From positions 5,485 to 69,484 of the forward strand of contig CAZADD010000002.1 in NCBI GenBank assembly GCA_964483825.1: a DNA stretch of 64,000 nucleotides, in the 5' to 3' direction. The number at the start of each line of letters is the position of its first letter. Within the stretch, counting starts at the first letter, position 1. The DNA is from an uncultured Oscillospiraceae bacterium (lineage in GTDB: Bacteria; Bacillota; Clostridia; Christensenellales; CAG-314). Below are positions 33,123 through 42,128 of the stretch, piece after piece. The notes beneath the pieces are model-generated. The model made no database searches, had not been told where the DNA came from, and saw only the letters and a list, made by a program, of their open reading frames with translations. The position numbers were made by a program, and so were the translations under genes.

Positions 33123-33157
33123 CCGTCTTGTAAGTATTTGCAAGGCGGTTTTGTTTT
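33123..33157 (+). terminator. Rho-independent terminator candidate downstream of recA
   Basis: 8-bp stem ccgtcttg / caaggcgg (one G-U pair) with a 10-nt loop, followed by ttttgtttt. About 250 nt after the recA stop. Confidence 0.5.
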
Positions 33158-33299
33158 GCAAAGTTTCGTTATGATTTTTTTGTGATGACAAAAACGTCAA
33201 ATTTGCAAAGAATTTTGTCGCAAAACGTCGCATATCAATTTCGTGCAAAAAATTGCCTCAAATATTTTTCAGAAACGGCCGTTATTTTCGGGATAGGTA

Positions 33300-33328
33300 T
33301 TGACATATTTGCAAAAATCTTGTAAAAT
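33300..33328 (+). promoter_or_regulatory. Sigma-A-type promoter candidate for rny
   Basis: TTGACA (33300-33305), 17-nt spacer, TAAAAT (33323-33328). 50 nt upstream of the rny ATG. Confidence 0.45.
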
Positions 33329-33378
33329 ACTATGGTAAATTATTTAATTTACAAAACTCAATATTGGAGGATACAACA

Positions 33379-34983
33379 ATGGATCTATTATTGTTCTTCC
33401 AAGCCTCAAATATTCTATCTTGGTTAGTTCCGGTAGTTGCGATTGTCGCATTGCTTATTGGCGCAGGTATTGTAGCAGCAATTTTCTTGCACTTGCGCAG
33501 AAAAGATGAAAAAACAATTGGTACAGCAAAGGCACAAGCCGATTCCATTTTGGAATTTGCAAAAGGCGAAGCATCGTCTTTGAAAAAAGAAGCCATTAAA
33601 GAGGCTAGGGAAGAAACTCAAAAAATCAAAAACGAACAAGAACGTCAATTTCGTGAACGTAACGGCGAATTGCAAAAGCAAGAAAACCGTATGCGCCAAA
33701 AAGAGGAAGCTTTGGATAAAAAAGAAGAACTTTTCCTCAAAAAATTGGATAATATCGACGTTCAGCAAAAACAAGTTTCCGATAAGCAAGCGGAACTTAA
33801 TCGCCGTCAGCAAGAATTGGAAAAATCGGAAGAACGCAAAATGCAAGAATTGCAGCGTGTTGCCGGCCTAACAAAGGAAGAGGCCAAGCAACAGTTGGTT
33901 GATTCTATGCTTGCGGATGCTCGCAGAGAGGCTGCAGGCTTGGTTCGCAAAATTGAAAACGAAGCCAAGGAAAACGGTGAACAAAAGGCACGCAACATTA
34001 TTGCGGCAGCAATTCAGCGTTGTGCTGGCGATCAAGTAAGCGAATCCACCGTTACAACGGTTGCCATTCCTAACGACGAAATGAAAGGTCGTTTGATTGG
34101 TCGTGAAGGGCGCAACATTCGTGCATTGGAAAATGCCACCGGTGTTGAACTTATCATCGACGACACCCCCGAAGTGGTAATTCTTTCGGGATTCGATCCT
34201 GTTCGCCGTCAAATTGCTCGTATTGCAATAGAAAAACTTATCACCGACGGACGCATTCACCCTGCTAGAATTGAAGAAATGGTGGAAAAAGTCAAGCGTG
34301 ATATGGATATCACTATCAAAGATGCAGGCGAAGCGGCATCTTTCGATACCGGCGTGTTTGGTTTGCACCCGGAAATCATCAAATTGCTTGGTCGCTTGAA
34401 GTATCGCACAAGCTACGGCCAAAACGTTTTGAATCACTCAATCGAAGTTAGCTATATCGCCGGCATAATGGCTTCCGAACTTGGATTGGACGTTGCTCTT
34501 GCAAAGCGTGGTGCATTGTTGCACGATATCGGCAAGGCTGTCGACCAAGAAGTTGAAGGCACGCACATGCAAATTGGTGCGGATATCGCCAAAAAGTATA
34601 AGGAAAGCAAAGAAGTCGTTAACTGCATTGCATCTCACCACGGCGATGTGGAACCCATGACTGTTGAAGCTGTTATTGTTGCCGCTGCAGACGCAATCAG
34701 CGGTGCAAGGCCCGGCGCAAGACGTGAATCTGTCGAAAACTACGTCAAACGTTTGGAAAAATTGGAAGGCATTGCAAATTCCTTCGAAGGCGTTCAAAAA
34801 TCCTACGCTGTTCAAGCCGGCCGTGAAATTCGCATTATCGTCAAACCGGAAGTTATCAACGACGAAACGACCGTGTTACTTGCAAATGACATCGCAAGAA
34901 AGATTGAGAGCGAATTGGAATATCCCGGTCAAATCAAAGTCAACGTTATTCGTGAAACTCGTGCCGTGGACGTTGCAAAATAG
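33379..34983 (+). CDS. rny: Ribonuclease Y
   Basis: N-terminal TM helix, long K/E coiled coil, KH domain '[15 protein letters not shown]', and HD domain 'LLHDIGKA'. ATG 8 nt after GGAGG. Confidence 0.95.
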   Translation: MDLLLFFQASNILSWLVPVVAIVALLIGAGIVAAIFLHLRRKDEKTIGTAKAQADSILEFAKGEASSLKKEAIKEAREETQKIKNEQERQFRERNGELQKQENRMRQKEEALDKKEELFLKKLDNIDVQQKQVSDKQAELNRRQQELEKSEERKMQELQRVAGLTKEEAKQQLVDSMLADARREAAGLVRKIENEAKENGEQKARNIIAAAIQRCAGDQVSESTVTTVAIPNDEMKGRLIGREGRNIRALENATGVELIIDDTPEVVILSGFDPVRRQIARIAIEKLITDGRIHPARIEEMVEKVKRDMDITIKDAGEAASFDTGVFGLHPEIIKLLGRLKYRTSYGQNVLNHSIEVSYIAGIMASELGLDVALAKRGALLHDIGKAVDQEVEGTHMQIGADIAKKYKESKEVVNCIASHHGDVEPMTVEAVIVAAADAISGARPGARRESVENYVKRLEKLEGIANSFEGVQKSYAVQAGREIRIIVKPEVINDETTVLLANDIARKIESELEYPGQIKVNVIRETRAVDVAK

Positions 34984-35000
34984 TCCAAAAACACTCCTAA

Positions 35001-35037
35001 ACACCTTGTAAGCATCAACTTGCAAGGTGTTTTTTTG
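35001..35037 (+). terminator. Rho-independent terminator of rny
   Basis: Stem acaccttg (35001-35008) / caaggtgt (35023-35030), followed by a T run (35031-35036). Confidence 0.75.
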
Positions 35038-35712
35038 ATTTTATCAATGTTGTGTTGGTAAAATTTGCTTTAATCTCACAACTGTTTGCGCGGCTTTCGT
35101 TTGCGGTAACAAATGCTTTTTAATGTTATTTTTGTGGTGTGCAATTTCGGTATTCAATACTTGTCGTTTTTCAAAAACCGGTAAATATACATTAGTTTTG
35201 TTTATATAAGATAATGGGAAAATGGTCGTGTGGCTATTGTACAGTTGTTGTCTTTTGTTGACCAGCAATAACATACAATTTTTTAGTATTTATTTAGTTG
35301 GTAAATTTTATTATCAAAACTTTGTTGTTTTGCAAAATGGTGAGTATCGTTCAAGTTTCTTTGTCAAGGTTGCGTAGTTGTTGTATTTTGTCAAAGCATT
35401 TTCGCACAACGTTATTGTTTTGTTATTTTATGCAATTTTAATATCAAAACTTATTGTTTACCCAAATTACAATTGTAAATTTTTATTATGCGCCACGGAC
35501 AGCACGATAATTATCGTGCAGTTGCCTTTTGTTGACAAGCCTGTTGGGTAGGTGTAATTTGTCGTCGCTTTTGCTCTTGCGTTGGTAGGCCTTTCAGCAG
35601 TGAAATTCATCTTGCATTTGCGGTAATTTTGGATTGATTTGCAAATAATTTTTGTTAGTTGTTGCGTTTTGGAAGCATATGTGCTAAATGTTTTCACGGA
35701 GGTTTAGTGCTT

Positions 35713-37494
35713 ATGAAGAACTTGAAAATACTTGTTGTTGCATTGTTAGTGTCGCTTTCGCTTGTAATCTTTTCGGCTTGCGGTCACCCCAAATGTGAAA
35801 GTACTTGCCCAATATGCCATCTTTGCACAGACGATAATTGCCAACTGCACACTGATGCCAGTCAACATTGTCAAGGACACAGTGCCGTTGAACAAGTTGC
35901 TGTTACAAGCATTTTGCAAAACAACGTTGCTTTCCAAAATATGAATGACTCGGCGGCAAACATTATCGACAATGAAATTCAAGAAGCAGTTGCAAAACAA
36001 CACAACGTTGATAAAAGCGCTGTAGAAATTGTTAACGTTGATTTTGATGATGATTACGAAACCGCAACAGTTCTCGCAAAGGTTGACGACAAAAAAGTTG
36101 TTGTTGATCAATATGAAACTGACGCAGTTGCTGAATATAGAGACAGCGATGCGGAATATCTTGTGCTTAGCGAAGCAGGATATAAAGCTGACGACAAAGT
36201 TGCCAAAGAAAAGCAAAGCGAAGTTGACGCAAAGTTTACTGCAGCCGTTAATGCAATTCTTGCAAAGCTTTCAAACCTCAGCGAAGAAGCAACACTTGTG
36301 AAAGCAAACGAAATCTTCAGTGAATATGCTTCAGACGAAGTGATTCCTGGATTTGATGGCATTTTCGGATGCGACGAATTCTTCTTGAGCGGAGTTAGAG
36401 AAGACGGAACAGTTGTTGCGTTTACATATACAAAGGGAAGCAGCAACGACCCACTTAGACTTCAAGGATATCAAGACCACGTTTTGAAGGTTGAAGGCAG
36501 AGAAAACATGACCAATGCCGAAATCATGGCACAAATCAAAGCCGGCAACTTTACAAAAGAGACACGCACAATCGACCCAAGCAAAACCTACACTGCTCCA
36601 GCACTCGAAGAAAAGCCGGTGGTGGAAACAACAACTGTTGGAGAGATTTACGACGCAAACTTTGCAAACGTTGATTTCAGCGCAAAGTTGGAAGAAGCGT
36701 TCCAGAATATTTGCTCAAGAAGATTCCCAAGCAGCATGACAACAGAGCCTATGTTCTATGCTCAAGACGGAGAAACAGTTTCGTTGTATGTGAATGTAAA
36801 TGATGGACAAGATTTGCTTTATAAATTAACTTTTAATTCAAGTTTCGACATTACTGAATTAGATAAATTAGACAAAAGCGAAATTTTAACCAAAGCAGGA
36901 TTAACAGCAGCTACTGAAGTTGAAAAAACAAATAGTGAAACAACAAAAAATAAAATCGCGGCAGTAGTTGAAGAAATAAATTGCAACATCGACGTGATTG
37001 CAAATTTGAAAAATTCGCAAATAACGAGAGATGGAATCATAAACAACACAGAAGATAATATTGATTTCAAAGCATTTGGTGAAAAACTTTGCCCGGATAA
37101 AGAAGTCATTGCAACATACGTTGGGGCGCAAACAGGCAAAACAAACGACAGCGCACATGAATTCAACACTGGTTATTATACACAATTTAAAGTGGTCGTT
37201 GTATATTTAGAAAATGAAGAAGTTGTTGTTGAGAATAAATTGATTTATGCTCCATACTATAACGATTCAACTAATGAAAGTATATATAATTCGCTGCTTA
37301 ATGGTGAAGAAAATAAAAATTATAAGATTGCATCAAATGAAAAAGAAACAATCAAAAATGCAACAATTGCAAAACAAAAAGAATCTGCAAGCGCAGCGGC
37401 AGAATATGAATTCTATTTTGACGGCTTAGACGAAGAAAGTGAAAGAATCGGCGTTGAAGCAGTTAAAGAATATTTAAACGGAATGGAAAGATAG
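35713..37494 (+). CDS. Orphan acidic lipoprotein with a Cys/His-rich N-terminal segment (593 aa)
   Basis: Signal peptide 'MKNLKILVVALLVSLSLVIFSAC' with lipobox IFSA|C, then 'GHPKCESTCPICHLCTDDNCQLHTDASQHCQGH'. The rest is D/E/K/N-rich with no family recognised. AT-rich, atypical codons. Confidence 0.7.
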   Translation: MKNLKILVVALLVSLSLVIFSACGHPKCESTCPICHLCTDDNCQLHTDASQHCQGHSAVEQVAVTSILQNNVAFQNMNDSAANIIDNEIQEAVAKQHNVDKSAVEIVNVDFDDDYETATVLAKVDDKKVVVDQYETDAVAEYRDSDAEYLVLSEAGYKADDKVAKEKQSEVDAKFTAAVNAILAKLSNLSEEATLVKANEIFSEYASDEVIPGFDGIFGCDEFFLSGVREDGTVVAFTYTKGSSNDPLRLQGYQDHVLKVEGRENMTNAEIMAQIKAGNFTKETRTIDPSKTYTAPALEEKPVVETTTVGEIYDANFANVDFSAKLEEAFQNICSRRFPSSMTTEPMFYAQDGETVSLYVNVNDGQDLLYKLTFNSSFDITELDKLDKSEILTKAGLTAATEVEKTNSETTKNKIAAVVEEINCNIDVIANLKNSQITRDGIINNTEDNIDFKAFGEKLCPDKEVIATYVGAQTGKTNDSAHEFNTGYYTQFKVVVVYLENEEVVVENKLIYAPYYNDSTNESIYNSLLNGEENKNYKIASNEKETIKNATIAKQKESASAAAEYEFYFDGLDEESERIGVEAVKEYLNGMER

Positions 37495-37501
37495 AATAAA
37501 A

Positions 37502-37529
37502 AATTGCTCTAAACAAGAGCAATTTTTTT
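37502..37529 (+). terminator. Rho-independent terminator of the lipoprotein gene
   Basis: Stem attgctct / agagcaat with loop aaaca, followed by a T run. 8 nt after the stop. Confidence 0.7.
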
Positions 37530-37647
37530 GTTGGAATGCAAAATAATTTGTTTTTTTATGTAAAATGATATATCATTTAGAAAAAATAAAGCATGTTTGT
37601 GAATATCATTTTCTTGATAAAGAACGAATGAGCCTGTAGGGGTTTAA

Positions 37648-38025
37648 ATGAAAAAATTTTCAAAAAACGCAATTTTGCTTTTATTGTGTCTCTTGCTCAA
37701 TAGCATAACCAGCATATTCATATATACATATTTGTTGGCCTATATGCTCGACATATCTAGCAACGGGATTGTGAACGTTGCAATTTTTTATGTGGTTTTG
37801 CATGTTTCAATGACTATTCTTTCTTGGGTGTTTGCTCCAATCTTTAAAAAATTCAACAAAGCTTTGGCTTTGAAAATCGGAATTGTGTTTAAATTTGTGT
37901 TTGTTGTGACCGTCGTCTTGCTTGGCGAATCAATACTCAAATACGTTTATTTAATTGCAGTTGTAAATGCTTTTTCTGAAGTTCTGTTTTGGGGTGGGAT
38001 GATTTTGTGTAATTGTGCCGATTAA
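37648..38025 (+). CDS. 125-aa four-helix membrane ORF, possibly the N-terminal remnant of an MFS-type transporter
   Basis: 'MKKFSKNAILLLLC..' followed by four hydrophobic helices, ending abruptly ('..WGGMILCNCAD*'). No continuing frame for ~750 nt. Atypical codons (TCA, TTA, ATA). Confidence 0.4.
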   Translation: MKKFSKNAILLLLCLLLNSITSIFIYTYLLAYMLDISSNGIVNVAIFYVVLHVSMTILSWVFAPIFKKFNKALALKIGIVFKFVFVVTVVLLGESILKYVYLIAVVNAFSEVLFWGGMILCNCAD

Positions 38026-38146
38026 ATGTGGAAGGCGGCTATTACCGCACGACGCGTAAAAAGAATGTTGAAAACAAAATAACAAGTTCAGTGCGCTTTG
38101 TAAGCAGTGGGGGCAAGATATTTCACTTCAATGCCAAATAATATAG

Positions 38147-38212
38147 TCAAATGTTGAAGTGCCAAAATTTTACCCCAACAAAAAGTAGTTTGAATTTGTT
38201 GGGTTTTTGCCG
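38147..38212. repeat. Copy 1 of a degenerate ~65-nt direct repeat (contains a hairpin cccaacaaa/tttgttggg plus a T run)
   Basis: tcaaatgttgaagtgccaaaattttaccccaacaaaaagtagtttgaatttgttgggtttttgcc aligns by eye with 38340-38404. Confidence 0.6.
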
Positions 38213-38339
38213 TCCTGTGAGTGTGCTCTTGCAGTAGTAATCAAGTAAAGTTCTTTCAAATACCACGGATTGTACAAACCTTATGTGTTTTGTGTGGTAC
38301 AATATTAAAGTTTTTGATGTAAGTAATTTTGACGTTAGG

Positions 38340-38404
38340 TCAAATATTGTGGGTAAGAAGTTTTGCCCCAACATTAAACAGTTTGAATAGTTGTGTTTTT
38401 GGCA
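38340..38404. repeat. Copy 2 of the degenerate ~65-nt direct repeat
   Basis: tcaaatattgtgggtaagaagttttgccccaacattaaacagtttgaatagttgtgtttttggc lies 193 nt downstream of copy 1. The hairpin arm is degenerate in this copy. Confidence 0.6.
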
Positions 38405-38777
38405 GTTCTACATGGCGCTCTATGTCGGATGATTTTCATTAGTGGATTTTTTTTCAAATCTTTAAAAATTAAGAACTCAACATACGTTTCGTTGTAGTGC
38501 CTATTTTGTAGCCGTTTATGCAAAGACAAAATAGCACTTCGGATATTTGGGTTAAATTGCAAAATGCTATTATGTAATTTTTGTATTCTATACGTATGAT
38601 TTATTTTCACCAAAATTGTTTATTTATCTTGTGTTTTGGAAAAAATTTCCGTATGAGAATCAAGAAAAGTACGCAATGCGGTACGGTTTTGGAAGAAAGA
38701 GAAAGTCGTGCGCCAAAACAGTTTGATTTTGAAAACATGGTGTCGGAAAACCAAACGCGAAATTTGGAGGAGTTGTA

Positions 38778-39233
38778 ATGCAAACGGCAAAAGCTGAAAT
38801 AACAAAAGAAAACTACAAACAGTATGTGTTTGAAAAGATGCCCAAAAGTTCACATTGGAAAAATATGTTTTGGGCGTTTTTGATTGGCGGTGTAATTTGC
38901 ACGATAGGGCAAGGGTTTGTTGAATTTTACAAGATTTGGTTTTCGCAAGAGGATGCGTCAACGCTTGCTTCGGCTACGTTGGTGTTTGTTGCGGCAACAC
39001 TTACCGGCTTTGGTGTGTACGATAATATTGGACGGTTTGCCGGTGCAGGTTCCACGATACCTATCACCGGGTTTTCCAACGCCGTCGTTTCGCCGGCACT
39101 GGAATTTCGTGCCGAAGGGTACGTTTACGGTGTGGGGGCAAAAATGTTTCAAGTTGCCGGGCCCGTCATTGTTAACGGAGTTTCTATTTCGGTGATAATT
39201 GCCGTTTTAACTTTGATTTTTGGGGGTGCGTGA
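38778..39233 (+). CDS. spoVAC: Stage V sporulation protein AC
   Basis: 'FLIGG.ICTIGQ' and 'GAG..IPITGF.N' patterns. 151 aa membrane protein. First gene of the spoVAC-AD-AE triad. Confidence 0.9.
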   Translation: MQTAKAEITKENYKQYVFEKMPKSSHWKNMFWAFLIGGVICTIGQGFVEFYKIWFSQEDASTLASATLVFVAATLTGFGVYDNIGRFAGAGSTIPITGFSNAVVSPALEFRAEGYVYGVGAKMFQVAGPVIVNGVSISVIIAVLTLIFGGA

Positions 39234-39236
39234 CAA

Positions 39237-40238
39237 ATGTCGTACTACAAAAAACGGACGTTGTGCTTCAAAAATGCAAACGTGTTGGAAGGTTATACGG
39301 TTGCGGGCCCCAAGGAAAAAGACGGTAGATACGGCCAATATTTCGATTTGGCGTTATCGGACGATATGTTTGGGCAACAAACTTTTGAGCGTGCGGAGCG
39401 CAAAATGTTTGAGCATGCAATAGACGGCGCAATAGCAAAAGCCAATTTGTGTCCCAACGAAATTGATGCGGTTTTGGGCGGCGACTTGCTGAATCAAATA
39501 ATTTCGGCATCGTTTGCGGCGCGCAAACAACATGCGGGCTTTTTGGGGCTGTACAATGCGTGTGCCACCTTTGTTGAAAGTTTGATTCTTGGTGCATCCA
39601 TGTTGAACAACGGGTTAGATAAGGTTGTGTGTGTTGCCGGTAGCCACTTTTCTACGGCCGAGCGTCAGTACAGGTTTCCGCTTGAATTGGGCGTTTTGCG
39701 CTCCCCTGTAACGCAGTGGACGGCAACCGGTGTTGGTGCAACGGTGCTAGGTGGAACTTCGGAAGTTGTTGTTCCCAAAATTACGCGTGCAACTATTGGC
39801 CGAGTGGTTGATTTTGGCATACTGGATGCAAACAATATGGGCGCTGCTATGGCTCCGTCGGCGTGCGACACGCTTGTCACATTCTTTTCGGATACGCTTG
39901 CTTCCGTGGATGATTACGATGCTATTTACACCGGCGATTTGGGCAAGCTTGGTTCGGAAATTTTGCTGGATTTGGCATTGCAACAAGGTTTGGATTTGAG
40001 TAACAAGTTGAAAGATTGTGGCGGCACTTTGTATTTTGACGAACAACAAACGTACCAGGGCGGTAGTGGCGCTGCGTGTTCAGCGCTTGTATTTAACAGC
40101 TATGTTTTGGGGAAATTGCGTAAGGGCGAGTATAAAAAGGTACTGTTAGCCGGCACGGGCGCATTGATGAGTCCCACAACGTCCTTTCAAGGAGACAGTA
40201 TTCCGGCAATAACACATTTGGTGGAGGTTTCGTTGTGA
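39237..40238 (+). CDS. spoVAD: Stage V sporulation protein AD
   Basis: 333 aa, thiolase-like fold pattern ('GPKE..G', 'GDLLNQ', 'LYNACAT'). Sits between spoVAC and spoVAE. Confidence 0.9.
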   Translation: MSYYKKRTLCFKNANVLEGYTVAGPKEKDGRYGQYFDLALSDDMFGQQTFERAERKMFEHAIDGAIAKANLCPNEIDAVLGGDLLNQIISASFAARKQHAGFLGLYNACATFVESLILGASMLNNGLDKVVCVAGSHFSTAERQYRFPLELGVLRSPVTQWTATGVGATVLGGTSEVVVPKITRATIGRVVDFGILDANNMGAAMAPSACDTLVTFFSDTLASVDDYDAIYTGDLGKLGSEILLDLALQQGLDLSNKLKDCGGTLYFDEQQTYQGGSGAACSALVFNSYVLGKLRKGEYKKVLLAGTGALMSPTTSFQGDSIPAITHLVEVSL

Positions 40239-40606
40239 CAATTTTTCTAACCTTTTTGAAAGCATTTTTGGTTGGCGGCGGAATTTGTCTTGTTGGGCAA
40301 ATTATAATCAACTGGACGCATTTAACAAACGGCAAAATATTGGTGCTGTTTTTGATTATAGGCGCAGTTTTGGAAGCTTTCGGCTGGTACAGCCCGTTGA
40401 TAGAATTTGCCGGGGCCGGGGCAAGTGTGCCTATTTCAGGATTTGGTTGTGCGTTAGTGAAAGGGGCTGTCGAGGCGGCAAGGAAAGAGGGGTTTTACGG
40501 CGCGCTAAAAGGCGGTTTGGCAGCTTGTGCTACCGGTGTGAGTGTTGCGATAGTATCCGGATATTTTGTATCCATCGTGTTCCGTCCGCGCACGAAGAAA
40601 AAGTAG
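40235..40606 (+). CDS. spoVAE: Stage V sporulation protein AE (AEb-type)
   Basis: The GTG overlaps the spoVAD stop. 'AFLVGG.IC..GQ' and 'GAGA.VPISGFG', paralogous to SpoVAC. Confidence 0.85.
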   Translation: MTIFLTFLKAFLVGGGICLVGQIIINWTHLTNGKILVLFLIIGAVLEAFGWYSPLIEFAGAGASVPISGFGCALVKGAVEAARKEGFYGALKGGLAACATGVSVAIVSGYFVSIVFRPRTKKK

Positions 40607-40968
40607 CGCTAATTTTACTTGTAAAATGGTGTTGAGTGGCGGCTACTTTGGGAGTTTATGCAGTACGATGTATTCGTGCGAGCGTGTCGAAGAAAAACGG
40701 ATAACGATATTTGCGATAACTTCCGTAGTTGTTTTTAATAACTATTCCATTTGCAACTTTTCTAAGCGGTTGTTATTGTGAATGGAGTTGTGCGCATATA
40801 CAATTGTGACGGTGTGCATTATTGGTTTATATGAGTGCTAGCTCAAACTGGAACATACTCCTTGATGTTTTTGTACTGTTCAAATGCTAGTTGTGTGAAA
40901 AGTGTAACAATTTGCCGCAATGATGAATATAATGTGGCATCGAGTTGTGTATGAACGGATACGTCGTA

Positions 40969-41655
40969 ATGAACAAGAACGAGTTGAAAAGGCGCCACAA
41001 AAGGCGTTTTCGCATGCTTGTCGTTGTTCTGGCTGCCGTTATTGTTGCAATTATTTCTCTTGCAGCTTGGCTTTATTGGCGTTCAATGACGCCAACTATT
41101 TTGGAAATTGCAAAAGTGCAAGTGCTTTCGCAGTCTACGCAAGCAATAAACGAGGCGGTTTTGTCTTTGTTTTCCGACGGTGTGTGTTACGGTGACTTTG
41201 TAACGGTAGAGAAGAATGCGCAAGATGACGTGGTGTTGCTTGTCGCTAACAGCGCGAAAACCAACAAGTTGGCACGAGATGCCGCCGTGTTGGTGCAAGT
41301 TAAATTGAACAGTCAATTTAATGATACTTTGAAAATTCCGCTTGGTACGCTTTCGGGCGTGCCGTTACTAAGCGGCAAGGGGCCATGTGTTGAAATAATA
41401 ATTTCTACGCAAAGTTCCGTCACGTGCTCTTTTGTTTCGGATTTTATTTCCGCCGGCATTAACCAAACATTGCACAGAATTTATTTGAATGTAGACGGCA
41501 CGGTTGATTTGATTGTTCCAACTCTTCATCATACGGTGCAAATTTCAACGCCGATTCTTGTTTGCGAAACAGTGATAGTGGGCGCTGTTCCTGAAACGTA
41601 TTTGCAAGGCGGTTTCATGGTGGGTGCCTCTGAGACGCTTTTGTGTGTGTTTTGA
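40969..41655 (+). CDS. yunB: Sporulation protein YunB
   Basis: Basic N-terminus plus a TM helix, then 'IPLG.LSG..LLSGKGP.V.I', 'GINQT', 'VGAVPETY'. Collinear with YunB. ATG 40951 or the frame opening at 40945 are alternative starts. Confidence 0.75.
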   Translation: MNKNELKRRHKRRFRMLVVVLAAVIVAIISLAAWLYWRSMTPTILEIAKVQVLSQSTQAINEAVLSLFSDGVCYGDFVTVEKNAQDDVVLLVANSAKTNKLARDAAVLVQVKLNSQFNDTLKIPLGTLSGVPLLSGKGPCVEIIISTQSSVTCSFVSDFISAGINQTLHRIYLNVDGTVDLIVPTLHHTVQISTPILVCETVIVGAVPETYLQGGFMVGASETLLCVF

Positions 41656-42093
41656 TGCCATATTTGCGAAATTTTGCGTTTTATAAAATATTATTACAGA
41701 CATAGCACGATGATTTTGTGGCAATAAGGTTGTTTTTTTGAGAAAGAACTAGCTTGCGCATTTATATTGAAATCTCGGATGCAGAGAGATTGGGAGGAGG
41801 ATGGCCGTTGCTAAGTATTCTGTGAACAGTTTTATGCAAGGTGGCACACGTTGCGTGTGATATTGAAAATTCAAATCCCAGTGTTTCAAATTGTATAATA
41901 ATTGGTATTGGGTGTAATTGTTAAACGTAGTCCTTTGGGCTTTTATTGTTTTTTTTCGTTATTTTTTCATCGTTATTTATTTTGGGGGTTCGGCTGTAGT
42001 GCATTGTACTTCGTACTATATTTTTGTTGTACGCAGTCGTTTTCTTTGCGGCGTATTATATATAATAATATTTCTATATTACCGCTAAAACCG

Positions 42094-42122
42094 TTGTCAA
42101 TTTTCGCAAATTTTGGTATACT
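42094..42122 (+). promoter_or_regulatory. Sigma-A promoter of the pheST leader
   Basis: TTGTCA (42094-42099), 17-nt spacer, TATACT (42117-42122) preceded by TGg (extended -10). Confidence 0.55.
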
Positions 42123-42128
42123 GGTAAA

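Noticed and set aside
35044-35697. Minus-strand ORFs of 76 aa each (35044-35274, 35467-35697) upstream of the lipoprotein gene
   Set aside because: No SD. AT-rich junk composition. They overlap putative promoter and palindrome elements.
38147-38404. Possible CRISPR-like array
   Set aside because: There are only two copies, they are degenerate, the spacing is 193 nt, and there are no cas genes. This is not a CRISPR array.
38147-38613. Two tandem minus-strand ORFs (75 and 79 aa) in the spacer upstream of spoVAC
   Set aside because: No SD or motif. Their ends coincide with the degenerate 65-nt repeats, so they look like decayed duplicated DNA, not genes.
38653-38778. 41-aa ORF (MRIKKSTQCGTVLEERESRAPKQFDFENMVSENQTRNLEEL) whose stop overlaps the spoVAC ATG
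   Set aside because: Weak SD and a hydrophilic sequence with no recognisable family. It could be a coupled leader ORF, but I have no positive evidence.
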